From Longimicrobiales bacterium (GTDB lineage Bacteria; Gemmatimonadota; Gemmatimonadetes; Longimicrobiales; Gaopeijiaceae), in contig OZ241892.1 in NCBI GenBank assembly GCA_965203485.1, positions 3,360,001-3,424,000 of the forward strand: DNA of 64,000 nt, read 5' to 3'. The notes beneath the pieces are model-generated. The model searched no databases, was not told the origin of the DNA, and saw nothing but the letters and a program-made list of their open reading frames with translations. Within the stretch, counting starts at the first letter, position 1. The number at the start of each line of letters is the position of its first letter. Shown here piece after piece: positions 11,572 to 21,162 of the stretch. The translations under genes were made by a program, and so were the position numbers.

Positions 11572-12977
11572 AAGACATTGGCATCGGTTGAACGGAGCAC
11601 GCTGCTGTCGGGCGGCCGCAGGCCGGATCTCCGCACGTCGTGCAAGAAGTCGAACTCGGCCAGCACTTCGCCGTCTTCTATGCGCACTTCGACGGCCCGG
11701 CCGCGCGTCGTGTAGGACGCTAGCAACCGTTTGCCGTCGGGCGATATCGATATCCGGCCCCGGAATGCCACGCGCCAGTTCCAGTACTTCGAATCGTCCT
11801 TCGGGAAGACGACGGTTTCTTGGCCTGTCGCGAAGTTCACGACGAGCACACGCGAGTAGACGTAGCGCGCGCCGTCGCGACGCCCGTGTCCGCCGTCGTT
11901 GTCGAGCATGACGAATTCGGAGCCGCGCAGGTGCTTAACGCTGTGTTGCGCCCCGAACGTGCCCCTGACGTAGCGCTTGAGCGCGTGCGTGTTCCTGTCC
12001 AAGATCGCAACGGCACTCAGCGTTCTTAGCGATAGCACGATGTCTCCCGGTTGCACGTCTGCCAAGCCCGAGACGTCGCCGCGTACCAGCGAGACGGAAT
12101 TCAGGTGGAACGGGTCGCAGGGGTCCGTCGTGAGCAGCACGGAAGCCCAGCGGGATTGCGCAAAGGCGGCGACCAGGGAGATCTGCTTGACGAGGGCACC
12201 TTCCGCGTCGAGCACTTTGACCACGTCGACGACCGTGGGGCCAGCGCCGCACGACCACGTGCCGAGATTGCCCGGCAAAACGATGTCTTCGGCGAGTTCG
12301 GCGCCCGGGACCCACACGGTGTCTCCCGCGGCAACATGCGGTTCGTGGTGGCTGTAGTCGCGGCGGTACCAGATCGGCTCGCCGACGCGCGTCACGCGCG
12401 CCACCCCCGCGTAGGACGGAAAATGGTAGTTCGCGTAACCGAAAACGGCAAGCAGGTCGCCGTTCGGGTACGACGTCATGTTGAAGATATAGGTCACGTC
12501 GTCGCTGTTTGCGCCGAACCCCTTCTCGTACGGAGACTCGGCGATTCGCGTTGCACCCAACAGCTCCGGCCGAAACGGTGTCCCCCCCCCCCCCCCCCCC
12601 CCACGGTATCCAGGATGGTACTCGACAGCCATGCAGCCCGTGCGGCAGTCTTCTTCATCGCTGAACTGCCACCGGCCCCCTTTGAGCACCACGGGGTCGC
12701 GCAGGCCATCTGAAGAGGCCACGTGAACCCGCCTCGCTTCGACGCTGTCCGCCGGAACGTCCGCCGACAACCATTTCGTCCCCAGATCGTCCGCCATGTG
12801 CGCCGCCGCCATGCTGATGAGCGGCCGGGCGCCTTGCCGGACCACCTGGTACGGGAACGATTCCGTCCAAGCCGCCAGCAGGCCGCCGCCCCATGCCAAC
12901 AAGGCGACCAAGAGCCGGACGATCCAGCGCACGGCTATCCCGCTCGCTTTTCCCGCTCCGCGTCGCCCCGGACTCAA
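11547..12977 (-). CDS. Arylsulfotransferase (ASST)-like secreted beta-propeller protein
   Basis: N-terminal TM/signal, 'YSHHE', 'DPFHLNSV', 'IVLSLRTLSAVAILD', 'QHSV..', 'MLDN'. Contains an in-frame G21 tract (poly-Gly). Confidence 0.65.
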   Translation of the reverse strand: MSPGRRGAGKASGIAVRWIVRLLVALLAWGGGLLAAWTESFPYQVVRQGARPLISMAAAHMADDLGTKWLSADVPADSVEARRVHVASSDGLRDPVVLKGGRWQFSDEEDCRTGCMAVEYHPGYRGGGGGGGTPFRPELLGATRIAESPYEKGFGANSDDVTYIFNMTSYPNGDLLAVFGYANYHFPSYAGVARVTRVGEPIWYRRDYSHHEPHVAAGDTVWVPGAELAEDIVLPGNLGTWSCGAGPTVVDVVKVLDAEGALVKQISLVAAFAQSRWASVLLTTDPCDPFHLNSVSLVRGDVSGLADVQPGDIVLSLRTLSAVAILDRNTHALKRYVRGTFGAQHSVKHLRGSEFVMLDNDGGHGRRDGARYVYSRVLVVNFATGQETVVFPKDDSKYWNWRVAFRGRISISPDGKRLLASYTTRGRAVEVRIEDGEVLAEFDFLHDVRRSGLRPPDSSVLRSTDANVFYSREASR

Positions 12978-14446
12978 CGGCTCCGGCTCGCCGGTTCGCG
13001 CCCGGCGGCGTCATCGCCGTCTTGGGCGCCGATGCCCCCCGAGTACAAGAAACTGCCGCCGTCCAAGAACCGCACCACGCCGCTGCCGCCGGCAAACACT
13101 TCCAGCGCCCGCACGTCGTGCACGGCGTCGAACTCGGCCATCACGGCTCCGTCGTCGATCCGGACTTCCACGGCCTTCGCGTGCCGCGAATAGGACGCCA
13201 ACACTCGAAGGCCGTCCGGAGACACGGAGACGCGCCCGCCGTCGTACTGCTTCCAAAGTTCCGAGGCGGCGCGGGCCGTTGGGAAGACCGTGTTCTCCTC
13301 ACCGGTCGCGGCGTCGACTACGAGTACGCGAGAAAAAGCCATGGGCGCTCCGTCGTGGCGTTGCCGCACGCCCAAGTTGTCGAACATGACGAACTTGGAG
13401 CCGTCCAGGTGCTTGACGCTCCCTTGGCGGCCGAACGTGCCTCGAACATAGCGCAACACTTTGGCGGAATGCCGGTGCAGGATTGCGAATGCACTGTAGT
13501 TTTCAATTGAAACGACCACATCGCCCGGACTCACGTCGTCCAGGCCCCAGACGCTGTTGCCCACGAGCGCCACCGAGTTGACGTGAAGCGGATTGCAACG
13601 GTCGAATTGTAACACCGCCACAGTGTTGATCACATGGGCGGCCCAAGGCGAGTCGAGAATCGCGTCGACGACGGATATTTCCCGTGCGAGCCTGCCGTCG
13701 CCGTCCAGAACGCTGATGACGGCGAGTTGCATGTCTTCCGGGCAGGAGTGGTTCACCATGGGCTGGGGACGGAGGCGAAAGGACTCGTCCGCCAGTCGGT
13801 GGCTCGGTACCCAGATCGTATCGCCGGGGCCGACGTGCGGCTCGCCGTGGCTGTAGTCGCGCCGGTACCAAAGAACGCGGCCGGATTGGTCGATGCGGGC
13901 AATCCCTCCGCCGGACGGATGAAAGTGGTCGCGGTGCCGAAACGTGGCAAACAAGTCGTCCGTCGACGAGGATGTCGCCACATAGTCGACGGCGAGAACG
14001 TCGCCGGCCTGGACGCCGGGAGTACGCTTGAACGGCAGGTCGACGACGGGTTCCACGGTTGCCAGGTCGTCGATCTCGAACGGCCACGCCCGCACCACGC
14101 GCCCGTCTCCCCAGTGCTCCACGGCAAGGCATCCGCCGTACCGAGGGCAGTGTTCCCGAAACTGCCACTTTCCCCCGACCGACAAGACCGGATCCGCGAG
14201 CGGTGCGTCTTCGGCCGTGCGAACGCGCGCGCCCGCGACGCTGTCGGCCGACATGTCCGCGAACTCCCAGCCTCCGGGGTCGGGTCGCTCCGCGAGACGC
14301 GCCTCCAGCATTCGCGACGCAGTCGTCGCCCACCGCCACGCCAAGGGCGCGGGGAACATCCACTTCGCCGCCCAGTACATCCCGGCGGCGAAAAACGCAA
14401 AGACCACGGCAACGCGGAACATCCACTTCGCGAGCCGGTCGGCCAT
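12974..14446 (-). CDS. Arylsulfotransferase (ASST)-like protein, paralog of the adjacent gene
   Basis: 'NPLHVNSV', 'VRGTFGRQGSVKHL', 'MFDN', collinear with 11547-12977. Start at MADRLAKW is my choice. Confidence 0.65.
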   Translation of the reverse strand: MADRLAKWMFRVAVVFAFFAAGMYWAAKWMFPAPLAWRWATTASRMLEARLAERPDPGGWEFADMSADSVAGARVRTAEDAPLADPVLSVGGKWQFREHCPRYGGCLAVEHWGDGRVVRAWPFEIDDLATVEPVVDLPFKRTPGVQAGDVLAVDYVATSSSTDDLFATFRHRDHFHPSGGGIARIDQSGRVLWYRRDYSHGEPHVGPGDTIWVPSHRLADESFRLRPQPMVNHSCPEDMQLAVISVLDGDGRLAREISVVDAILDSPWAAHVINTVAVLQFDRCNPLHVNSVALVGNSVWGLDDVSPGDVVVSIENYSAFAILHRHSAKVLRYVRGTFGRQGSVKHLDGSKFVMFDNLGVRQRHDGAPMAFSRVLVVDAATGEENTVFPTARAASELWKQYDGGRVSVSPDGLRVLASYSRHAKAVEVRIDDGAVMAEFDAVHDVRALEVFAGGSGVVRFLDGGSFLYSGGIGAQDGDDAAGREPASRSR

Positions 14447-14528
14447 CCCGCTCGGCCCGCCCCGTCTCGGGCGGCGAACGGGATGTCGTCCCCGGCGTCC
14501 GTTGCTCGGCGCCACCGGAGTCGTCCGC

Positions 14529-14906
14529 CTACCGCTCCGCGTCCGGCTGGTCGTGCCGAACTGGCCGCGCAAGCGCCGCGTGCGCCGCCATGCCCTCCAG
14601 TGCTCGCTCGAAGCTCACTAGCCGCCGCACCAAGGCATTGTACTTGGAATGCGCGTCATCCGGATGCTTGGCGGCAACTGCCCGGTACAGCGCGATTTCG
14701 GGCGGCTCTCCAGCCTCCTGCGCGGCGTCGGCTGGCCCGAACTCTCCGCTTCCCGACGCTCCCGGCACTTCCAATCCGGCCGCCCGCAAGCGCGGCGCGC
14801 CCACAAGCACCAGCAATGCCTCGACAGTTCGTTCGCCTTCGCGCAAGGCATCCAAGCCCCGGTTCACGAGGTTTGTCCCGGGCAACCCCTCCGGCGCCCG
14901 CGTCAC
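14529..14906 (-). CDS. Small hypothetical protein coupled to the nucleotidyltransferase (candidate partner/antitoxin)
   Basis: ATGA overlap with the upstream gene. Helical, 'DAHSKYNALVRRLVSFERALE'. Confidence 0.6.
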   Translation of the reverse strand: MTRAPEGLPGTNLVNRGLDALREGERTVEALLVLVGAPRLRAAGLEVPGASGSGEFGPADAAQEAGEPPEIALYRAVAAKHPDDAHSKYNALVRRLVSFERALEGMAAHAALARPVRHDQPDAER

Positions 14907-15514
14907 GGCGCCATTCCAGCCAACGCCCGGTCGATCTTTCGGCGGAAGGATGCCGCGTCGAGCGCCGGATAGCGTACCAGAGCCGGACCAATCGCCTCGA
15001 AGTACGAACTCAACCGGGCCGGCTCAATCAATCCCAGCCGGTGCATCGCCGCCACGTCAGGCAGATCTTGCGCATGACCACGCTCGATCTTGGCCAGGGC
15101 CTGGCCGTAGAAGTCGTAGTGGAAGAACTCGACGCGCCCGGTTCTGTGCACGAACACGCTTCGGTCGCGCCAGTTCGGCAAAGCGGGAATGAAGTCGTCG
15201 GGCGCCGCCAGTTCGACGTTGATGTTCAGCGCCTCCTTGGCCTTCGCTATCGCCTCCAGCGCTCCGGCCGGCTCCGGGTCCAGCTTGAGGTCGACGTCCA
15301 CGGTCGTTTCCCGCCAACCGAGCAACACCGCCGAGCTGCCGCCGACCAAGTAGACGCGGCCTCGGCCCCGCGACTCGGCGCCGATCCGCCGCAACAGCGT
15401 GCGCACGGCCGCGGCGCCCGCCAGTCCTCGCCCGCCGCCGGGCTCGCGGGTCCCAGTCACGGCCCCGCCGACATCGCCCGCCGACGCCTCGGGCTCACGT
15501 CGTTGCTTGCTCAA
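14903..15514 (-). CDS. DUF6036-like nucleotidyltransferase
   Basis: Pol-beta NTase signature 'YLVGGSSAVLLGWRETTVDVDL' and 'LAKIERGHAQDLPD'. The true start may be about 100 bp downstream. Confidence 0.7.
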   Translation of the reverse strand: MSKQRREPEASAGDVGGAVTGTREPGGGRGLAGAAAVRTLLRRIGAESRGRGRVYLVGGSSAVLLGWRETTVDVDLKLDPEPAGALEAIAKAKEALNINVELAAPDDFIPALPNWRDRSVFVHRTGRVEFFHYDFYGQALAKIERGHAQDLPDVAAMHRLGLIEPARLSSYFEAIGPALVRYPALDAASFRRKIDRALAGMAP

Positions 15515-15721
15515 TCATTCCTCGAAGGCCCTCCCGCGGCGTCTTCCCGTCGGCCGCAACCCATCTCTTCACCGCCTGCGACCCAGCGCGATCGCTTGCG
15601 TGACCGACGTCTTGCCGCAGTTGTTGGGGCCCACCAGCACCGTCGGATGGTCCAGCTCGATGCGCTGCCTCTCTCGGAATCGCTTGAAGTTCTCGACCTC
15701 CACGTATTCGAGCCGGCTCAT
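15495..15721 (-). pseudogene. 5' fragment of an AAA/ABC-type ATPase gene
   Basis: 'MSRLEYVEVENFKRF...TVLVGPNNCGKTS' (Walker A), a stop after about 50 aa, and a plausible continuation 'SQAVKRW' in another frame. Confidence 0.7.
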
Positions 15722-16392
15722 CCGTCCTCCACCTTCTCGGCCAGCGTCTCGAGCACGCGATGCAACGTGCGCTCTTCTCGCCTGAACGCGTACTTCCACG
15801 GCCCGAACGCGGCCAATAGTCCTCCGGCCAGCGCGGCGGGCACGAACAGAAACGGGGTGGCGGCGCCGAGCGCCACGGCCAGCGCGCCCGTGCCCATGGT
15901 GGCGATGGGGCCGACGCCCAGGCACGCCACGAGCATGCCGTCGCGATAGTTGCCGAGGACCCGAATGCGAGTCCGGCCGTCCTCGGCGCGGATGGAGACG
16001 TAGCGCCCGCCCATGGCGCTGCGCGCGCGCCACTCGAATCCGCCGAGCACTTCTTCGACGATCCCCTGGCGGGCGAACTCGGAGCGAATGACGTGGAGCA
16101 GATCGGGGAGGCGCTGGGCGTCCAGTTCCGCGGGCACGACGCGCTCCAGTTGCACGGTCGTGGGCATTCCGAGGACTTCGCCCGTGATGGGCCGGGCCCG
16201 CCCGTCCGCGGCGACCGAACGCGCGGCCCTCTCGACGCGCGCCGGATCGATGCCCGCTTCGGCGCCGATCTCCTTGAGCTGCGCAAGCGTGAGGCCGTCG
16301 CCTCGCTCGGCGGCTGGATCATCAGGCGAAGGGACCGCGGCCCGGTGCAGAATCAAGGCGACTTCTTCGTCTCCGTAGCGGCGTTCCGTCAT
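15718..16392 (-). CDS. Hypothetical membrane protein
   Basis: 'MTERRYGDEEVALILHRAA...GLTLAQLKEIGAEAGID', with two C-terminal hydrophobic helices. Confidence 0.65.
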   Translation of the reverse strand: MTERRYGDEEVALILHRAAVPSPDDPAAERGDGLTLAQLKEIGAEAGIDPARVERAARSVAADGRARPITGEVLGMPTTVQLERVVPAELDAQRLPDLLHVIRSEFARQGIVEEVLGGFEWRARSAMGGRYVSIRAEDGRTRIRVLGNYRDGMLVACLGVGPIATMGTGALAVALGAATPFLFVPAALAGGLLAAFGPWKYAFRREERTLHRVLETLAEKVEDG

Positions 16393-16601
16393 CGCGCGGC
16401 CACTGCGTCCTCGCGCGCCGGCGAGGTCGACGAGTCCCGTGCGTCCGGCCAGCGACTCCGGCACGTCCCAGACGAGCGTCGGCGAAGCGCTGCCGAGCGT
16501 TGCATCGGAAGCGGTCGGGCGACGATCATTTCGCCAACGATAAACCTGGAAAATCCTCATGTCCACTGCGGATTTTCCAGCGAGGCCACAATGGACGCTT
16601 C

Positions 16602-17627
16602 CTAGCCGCCTAGCCGAAACCGCGCCAGCACCGGCAGGTGGTCGCTGGTCGTCTCCCTGTACTGGGGCACGTGCTCGTCCACGCGGTGCACGAGGGCCGA
16701 TCCCGCTTCGTACCAGGCCATCGACTCGTCCGAAGCCAGGATGTGGTCGATTACGTCGGCGAAGCCCAGGATGGAGGTTGCGCCGTCCGCCCCCAGCGCC
16801 TCCGTGGGGAAGACCCAGTCGGGCGCGCCGTCCAAGAGGATGCGGTAGGGAGTGTCGCGTCCGGGCGTGATCGACTCGTCCAGATCGTCGTTCCAATCGC
16901 CCGGAACGAACACGGCGCGGTCCGGCCACTCCGCGTCCAAGTACTCGCGCAGGCCGGTTGCCGCCGCGGCCCGGCGTTCCCACGAGGCCACCTCCTGGTT
17001 GGCCTTGGCGTGAAGGACGAGCGCGACGGCGTCGTGCTGGGCCGCGTCGACGGAGATGCGCACGCGGACCTCGAGCGGCGGCCGCCCCGCGAACTCGCTG
17101 TTGAGGTCCGTGAGCACGATCCGCGCACCCTGCACTTGGACGGCGGACCGCTTGTACACCAGCCCCACCTTGATTTCGCCCGCGTCGTAGAAGGCCGCCC
17201 CGTTCTCGACGGACGGATCGTTCGCGAGCAGGCCGCCGTAGCCCGGAAGTTGCGCCAGCAGTTCGTCGAAGGCCGTCGCGCTCGTCACCTCCTGCACTCC
17301 CCACAGGTCCGCGTCGGTGCCCAGGATCACGTCGCGCACGCGGGCGCGCTGGAGCCGTTCGTCGGCCGGCCCCGCGTTGGGGGCGCCGAAGTTGAGCAGG
17401 TTCCAGGTCGCCACGTCGAAGGTGGACGAGTCGCCGGCTGCGGGGACGGCGACCGGCTCCGGGTCGGGTCCGGGCTCGTCCGGCGGGCGGGTCGGCGTCG
17501 TTCGGTCCGATCCGCACGCGGCGGTTGCGAGGAGGAGGGCGAAGGGCGCGGGTCGGCCTGGACGGGAAACGCGGCGGCGGACGCGGCGGGCACGCGGGTT
17601 GCGTTCGGGACGGCCGAAGAAAGCCAT
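16602..17627 (-). CDS. Endonuclease/exonuclease/phosphatase (EEP) family lipoprotein
   Basis: Lipobox 'LLLATAAC', then 'VATWNL', 'GVQEV', 'LHAKA', 'GDWND', 'IDHIL' and 'SDHLPV'. Start uncertain. Confidence 0.8.
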   Translation of the reverse strand: MAFFGRPERNPRARRVRRRVSRPGRPAPFALLLATAACGSDRTTPTRPPDEPGPDPEPVAVPAAGDSSTFDVATWNLLNFGAPNAGPADERLQRARVRDVILGTDADLWGVQEVTSATAFDELLAQLPGYGGLLANDPSVENGAAFYDAGEIKVGLVYKRSAVQVQGARIVLTDLNSEFAGRPPLEVRVRISVDAAQHDAVALVLHAKANQEVASWERRAAAATGLREYLDAEWPDRAVFVPGDWNDDLDESITPGRDTPYRILLDGAPDWVFPTEALGADGATSILGFADVIDHILASDESMAWYEAGSALVHRVDEHVPQYRETTSDHLPVLARFRLGG

Positions 17628-17843
17628 GCGTGGAATATGGGGGTCGAGGCGGGCGCTGGCACGCGGAGCACGCGAAAGCACGTCGGCGCGACCCATCCAA
17701 GCATGAGGCCGCCCGATCGGCTACGTTCTAGTCGGCGGATGTCCTAGCATGACGGTTCGCGAGGCCAGGCGTAAGGAGCCCGGCCGCTGGAGACCAACGC
17801 AAGCCGTCGAACGCCGAGGGCGACGGGAGAGGAGGCAAGCAGG

Positions 17844-18359
17844 ATGGAAATGCTGGGAAACGTCGTAGCGCTGGCCGTGGGCCTGATGGTGCTGGGGAGG
17901 TTCCTCGCCGGGCGCTTCGAAGGGAGCTTCGCCGCAATCGAGACGCGCTTCAAGGCATTGGACACGCGCTTCGACGCGGTGGACACGCGCTTCAAGGGGA
18001 TGGAAGAGCGCTTCGAAGGGATGGAAGAGCGCTTCAAGGGGATCGACGCGCGTTTCGAGACCATGAGCGACGAGATGAACCGCCGGTTCGACCACGTAGA
18101 CCTGCGGTTCGACCGAATGGACCAGCGGATCGACGCGTTGGGCACGAGGCTCGCCAAGGTCGAGCGAAGGATTGACGGCTTGGACCAGCGGATCGACGGC
18201 CTGGACCAGCGGATCGACGACATGGGCAATCGGATCGACGACATGGGCGCTCGGATCAACGACTTCAAGGACGTAACCGAGGCTCGCATAGAGGACCTCC
18301 GAGAGATCACGGCGGCGCGGATCACCGACATCAAGGAAGTGATGCTCGCAAGGGTCTGA
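17844..18359 (+). CDS. Membrane-anchored coiled-coil protein with 7-aa repeats
   Basis: GGAGG upstream of the ATG, N-terminal TM, then heptads (RFKALDT/RFDAVDT/RFEGMEE/RIDGLDQ) visible as 21-bp DNA repeats. Confidence 0.75.
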   Translation: MEMLGNVVALAVGLMVLGRFLAGRFEGSFAAIETRFKALDTRFDAVDTRFKGMEERFEGMEERFKGIDARFETMSDEMNRRFDHVDLRFDRMDQRIDALGTRLAKVERRIDGLDQRIDGLDQRIDDMGNRIDDMGARINDFKDVTEARIEDLREITAARITDIKEVMLARV

Positions 18360-19628
18360 CCGGCGCCGGAACCGCACCCACGCGATGGAGGGCGATCTTC
18401 GGGCCCGTGCACGCGTCGGCCGCCCGTCGCAGAGCGCGTTGCAGGTCCGCCTCCAAGTCTTCGGCCGCTTCGATCCCCACCGAAATCCGCAACAGCCCGT
18501 CGCGGATTCCGGCGGCTCGGCGGGCAGGCTCGTCCATCGACGCGTGGGTCATCGTCCAAGGATGCGCCACCAAGCTCTCCACGCCTCCGAGCGATTCGGC
18601 CAGCACGAACTGGCGCAGGCCCGCCGCGAACGCTTCCGCCGCTCGTCGGCCTCCCCGCAGCTCGAACGACAAGAGGCTGCCCCAGCCCAGTTGCTGGCGC
18701 GCCGCGACCTCGTGCCCCGGGTGGCTGGCGAGGCTCGGATGGTTGACGCGGCTCACCGCCTCGCTCCCCGCCAGCGTCGCCACGACCGCCAACGCGTTCT
18801 CCGCGTGCACGCGGCTTCGAGCGTGCAGCGTGCGGATGCCTCGCAACGTCAGGTAGGAATCGAAGGGCGCGCCGGATGCGCCAAGCGCGTTCGTCCACCA
18901 CTCCAACTCGTCCAGGACGGCCGGATCCGCCGCCACCGCCGCGCCGCCGACCACGTCGCTGTGGCCGTTCAGGAACTTCGTCGTCGAGTGGACCACGATA
19001 TCCGCGCCGAGTTCGAGCGGACGCTGGTTGACGGGCGACAGGAAGGTGTTGTCCACCACGCAAAGCGCGCCGGCCTGCCGCGCCGCGCCAGACGCGCCCA
19101 GCGAGCGATGTCGGCGATGCGCATCAGCGGATTGCTTGGCGTCTCCATCCAGATCATGCGGGGCCGCAGCCGGCGGACTTCGGCCCGCGCCGCGGGATCG
19201 GTCTGGTCGACGAAGCGGACCCGGTAGGCCCCGCGTCGCTCGTCGGCCGTGAACAGGCGATGGCATCCGCCGTAGCAGTCGTGCGGGGCCACCAGCAAGT
19301 CGCCCGCCGAGAGCAGCCGCGTGACGACGGCCACCGCCGCCATCCCCGAAGACGTGACCACTGCGCCCGCGCCTCCCTCCAGTTCGGAGACCGCCCCGGC
19401 CGCCAAGTCGCGCGTCGGGTTGCCGGAGCGCGTGTAGTCGTACCGCCCGAAGACGCCCGGCGAGTCGAACACGAAGTTGGACGAGAGATGGAGGGGTGGC
19501 ATGACCGCCCGGTGCGCCGCGTCCGAGCCGATGCCGGCGCGCACTGCCGACGTGACCGCCGATCGGCGCCGATCGGCCGCACAATCGGCGGGGACCTGCT
19601 CGCCGGCGCCCGCGGGCACGGCGGTCAC
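18331..19628 (-). pseudogene. metB: Cystathionine gamma-synthase, frameshifted at 19080-19089
   Basis: The N-half ('YDYTRSGNPTR', 'SSGMAA', 'ETPSNP') and C-half ('VVDNTF', 'HSTTKFLNGHSD', 'AESLGGVESL') are in different frames. The GTG start overlaps the metX stop. Confidence 0.85.
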
Positions 19629-20773
19629 TGCCGTTCCTCCTCGTCCCTCAGCCCGAGCCGCACCTGCGACGCCACCGCCGCAACCTCCTTCAAGAAGGCG
19701 TCGTGGCCGAACCGCGACGACAGCGTCGCATGCGCCGCCCGCCCGCCCGCCTTCGCCGCCAAGCGGTCCACCAGCCACGGCGGCACCAGCGTGTCGCTGT
19801 CCACCGAGACGAGAAGCGTGGAGGGCGGCGCCGAGTCCGGGCGCGTGCGGTGCAGGTCGATCGACTCCGAAAGCGCGAGAAAGCGTTCGGGGTCGAAGTC
19901 GCGCGCGAAAGCCGTTCCGCGCGCCTCCAAATAGTCCTCCACCGGGAAGCGTTGGGCGACCCGGCGACCTCTGGCCAGCTGGCGGCGGCCCGGTGGTCCT
20001 GGTGGGTCGGCGGCCGGGCGGCCCTGGCCAGCGGGCGGCCGGGCGCGCGCGCCGCCGCGTCCCCCGTCCGGCAACGCCGCCGAAGAGAAGCGGCCCTCGA
20101 ACTCGCGGGCGCTGCGATACGTGGTCATCGCCAAGGCTCTGGCCAGCGCAAGCCCCTCGCCGTCGAGACCGGCGCGCGCGCCCAGCTGAACCGCCGCCCG
20201 CTGAAGCGACCGAAGCGCCGTCGCCATCGGGTGCGTGCGGTGCGCGGCGCACACGACGACCAGCCGCGACACACGCTCCGGAAACAGTTCGGCGAACGCC
20301 AGCGCGACCATGCCGCCGTAGGACGCTCCTACGAGGTCGGCCGGCCGGCCGTCGAGTTCGTCCAGGACGGCGGCCAGCGCGCGTGCTTGGTCGTGGGTCG
20401 TGACCGGCCGAAGCAGCCCGGCGCCCGACGGCCCGCCGAGAAAGTCGATGCCCACCAGCCTCCGCCGAGCCGGATCGAGCGCCCGGTGCCGCCCCACTAG
20501 CCCGGACCACCACCCCGGACGCGGATCGAAAGCGGTCGGCGCCAAGTGCCTGCCTGCCGAAATGCCGCCGAGGACGACCGTCGGCCGCGCGTAGGCGGGG
20601 CCATGCACCTCGAAGAAGACGGGCGTCCGGCGCCGCCCGAGATGGTCGAAGCGGATGCGCGGGCGGATCGTGCCGGCCTGCGCCTGGGCGGACGCAGGCA
20701 CGAAGGAATCCCGCGCGGTCGCGGGACGATGCTGCTGGGGGGGCCGCGCGAGCGCGGCGGAATTGCGTGTCAT
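19625..20773 (-). CDS. metX: Homoserine O-acyl (succinyl/acetyl) transferase
   Basis: 'VLGGISA', 'GWWSGLVG', nucleophile 'GASYGGM', 'ARALAMTTYRS' and 'FGHDAFL'. Lies downstream of a SAM riboswitch and upstream of metB. Confidence 0.85.
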   Translation of the reverse strand: MTRNSAALARPPQQHRPATARDSFVPASAQAQAGTIRPRIRFDHLGRRRTPVFFEVHGPAYARPTVVLGGISAGRHLAPTAFDPRPGWWSGLVGRHRALDPARRRLVGIDFLGGPSGAGLLRPVTTHDQARALAAVLDELDGRPADLVGASYGGMVALAFAELFPERVSRLVVVCAAHRTHPMATALRSLQRAAVQLGARAGLDGEGLALARALAMTTYRSAREFEGRFSSAALPDGGRGGARARPPAGQGRPAADPPGPPGRRQLARGRRVAQRFPVEDYLEARGTAFARDFDPERFLALSESIDLHRTRPDSAPPSTLLVSVDSDTLVPPWLVDRLAAKAGGRAAHATLSSRFGHDAFLKEVAAVASQVRLGLRDEEERQ

Positions 20774-20871
20774 GAGGCGTGTTCTCCCGGAGTTGGAGTG
20801 GCCTCATCGGACTCCCGGAGAATCGACGCCCCGAAGTGCTTCCGGCTGCCGCGCCATCGGCGCGGTGGGCG

Positions 20872-20993
20872 CTCATCTTTGCCAGCGAACGGCTTCCAGG
20901 TTCGCTGCAGGAGTTGGCACATCAGTGGAAGAAGCCACCTTCCACAGGTTGCCCCGGCGTCGTAGGGCCTGTCCCTCGACCGGTCTCGATGAG
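20872..20993 (-). promoter_or_regulatory. SAM-I riboswitch
   Basis: Minus strand reads CTCATCGAGA..GAGGGACAGGCCC..GACGCCGG GGCAACC...GTGCCAACTCCTGCAG...AAAGATGAG. P1 (CTCATC/GATGAG), P2 with kink-turn and the GCAACC/GTGC core are all present, upstream of the met genes. Confidence 0.9.
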
Positions 20994-21162
20994 TTGTCGC
21001 AGGAAGAACGGTAACCAAAGGACGCGGAGCGCGTCAACCCCCGCTTGGGGCCGCAACGGCGGAGCGGCCCGCAGTCGGCGGACGCAACAAGTCCAAGGAA
21101 GGCCTGAACGCTGCCGCGTGGCTGGACCGAAGACGACCCGGGTCGCCCGCTCCCGGCTTTGA

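Noticed and set aside
17925..18270. 21-bp periodic repeats as a second CRISPR-like array
   Set aside because: They are in-frame heptad codons of a coiled-coil protein, with no repeat-spacer structure.
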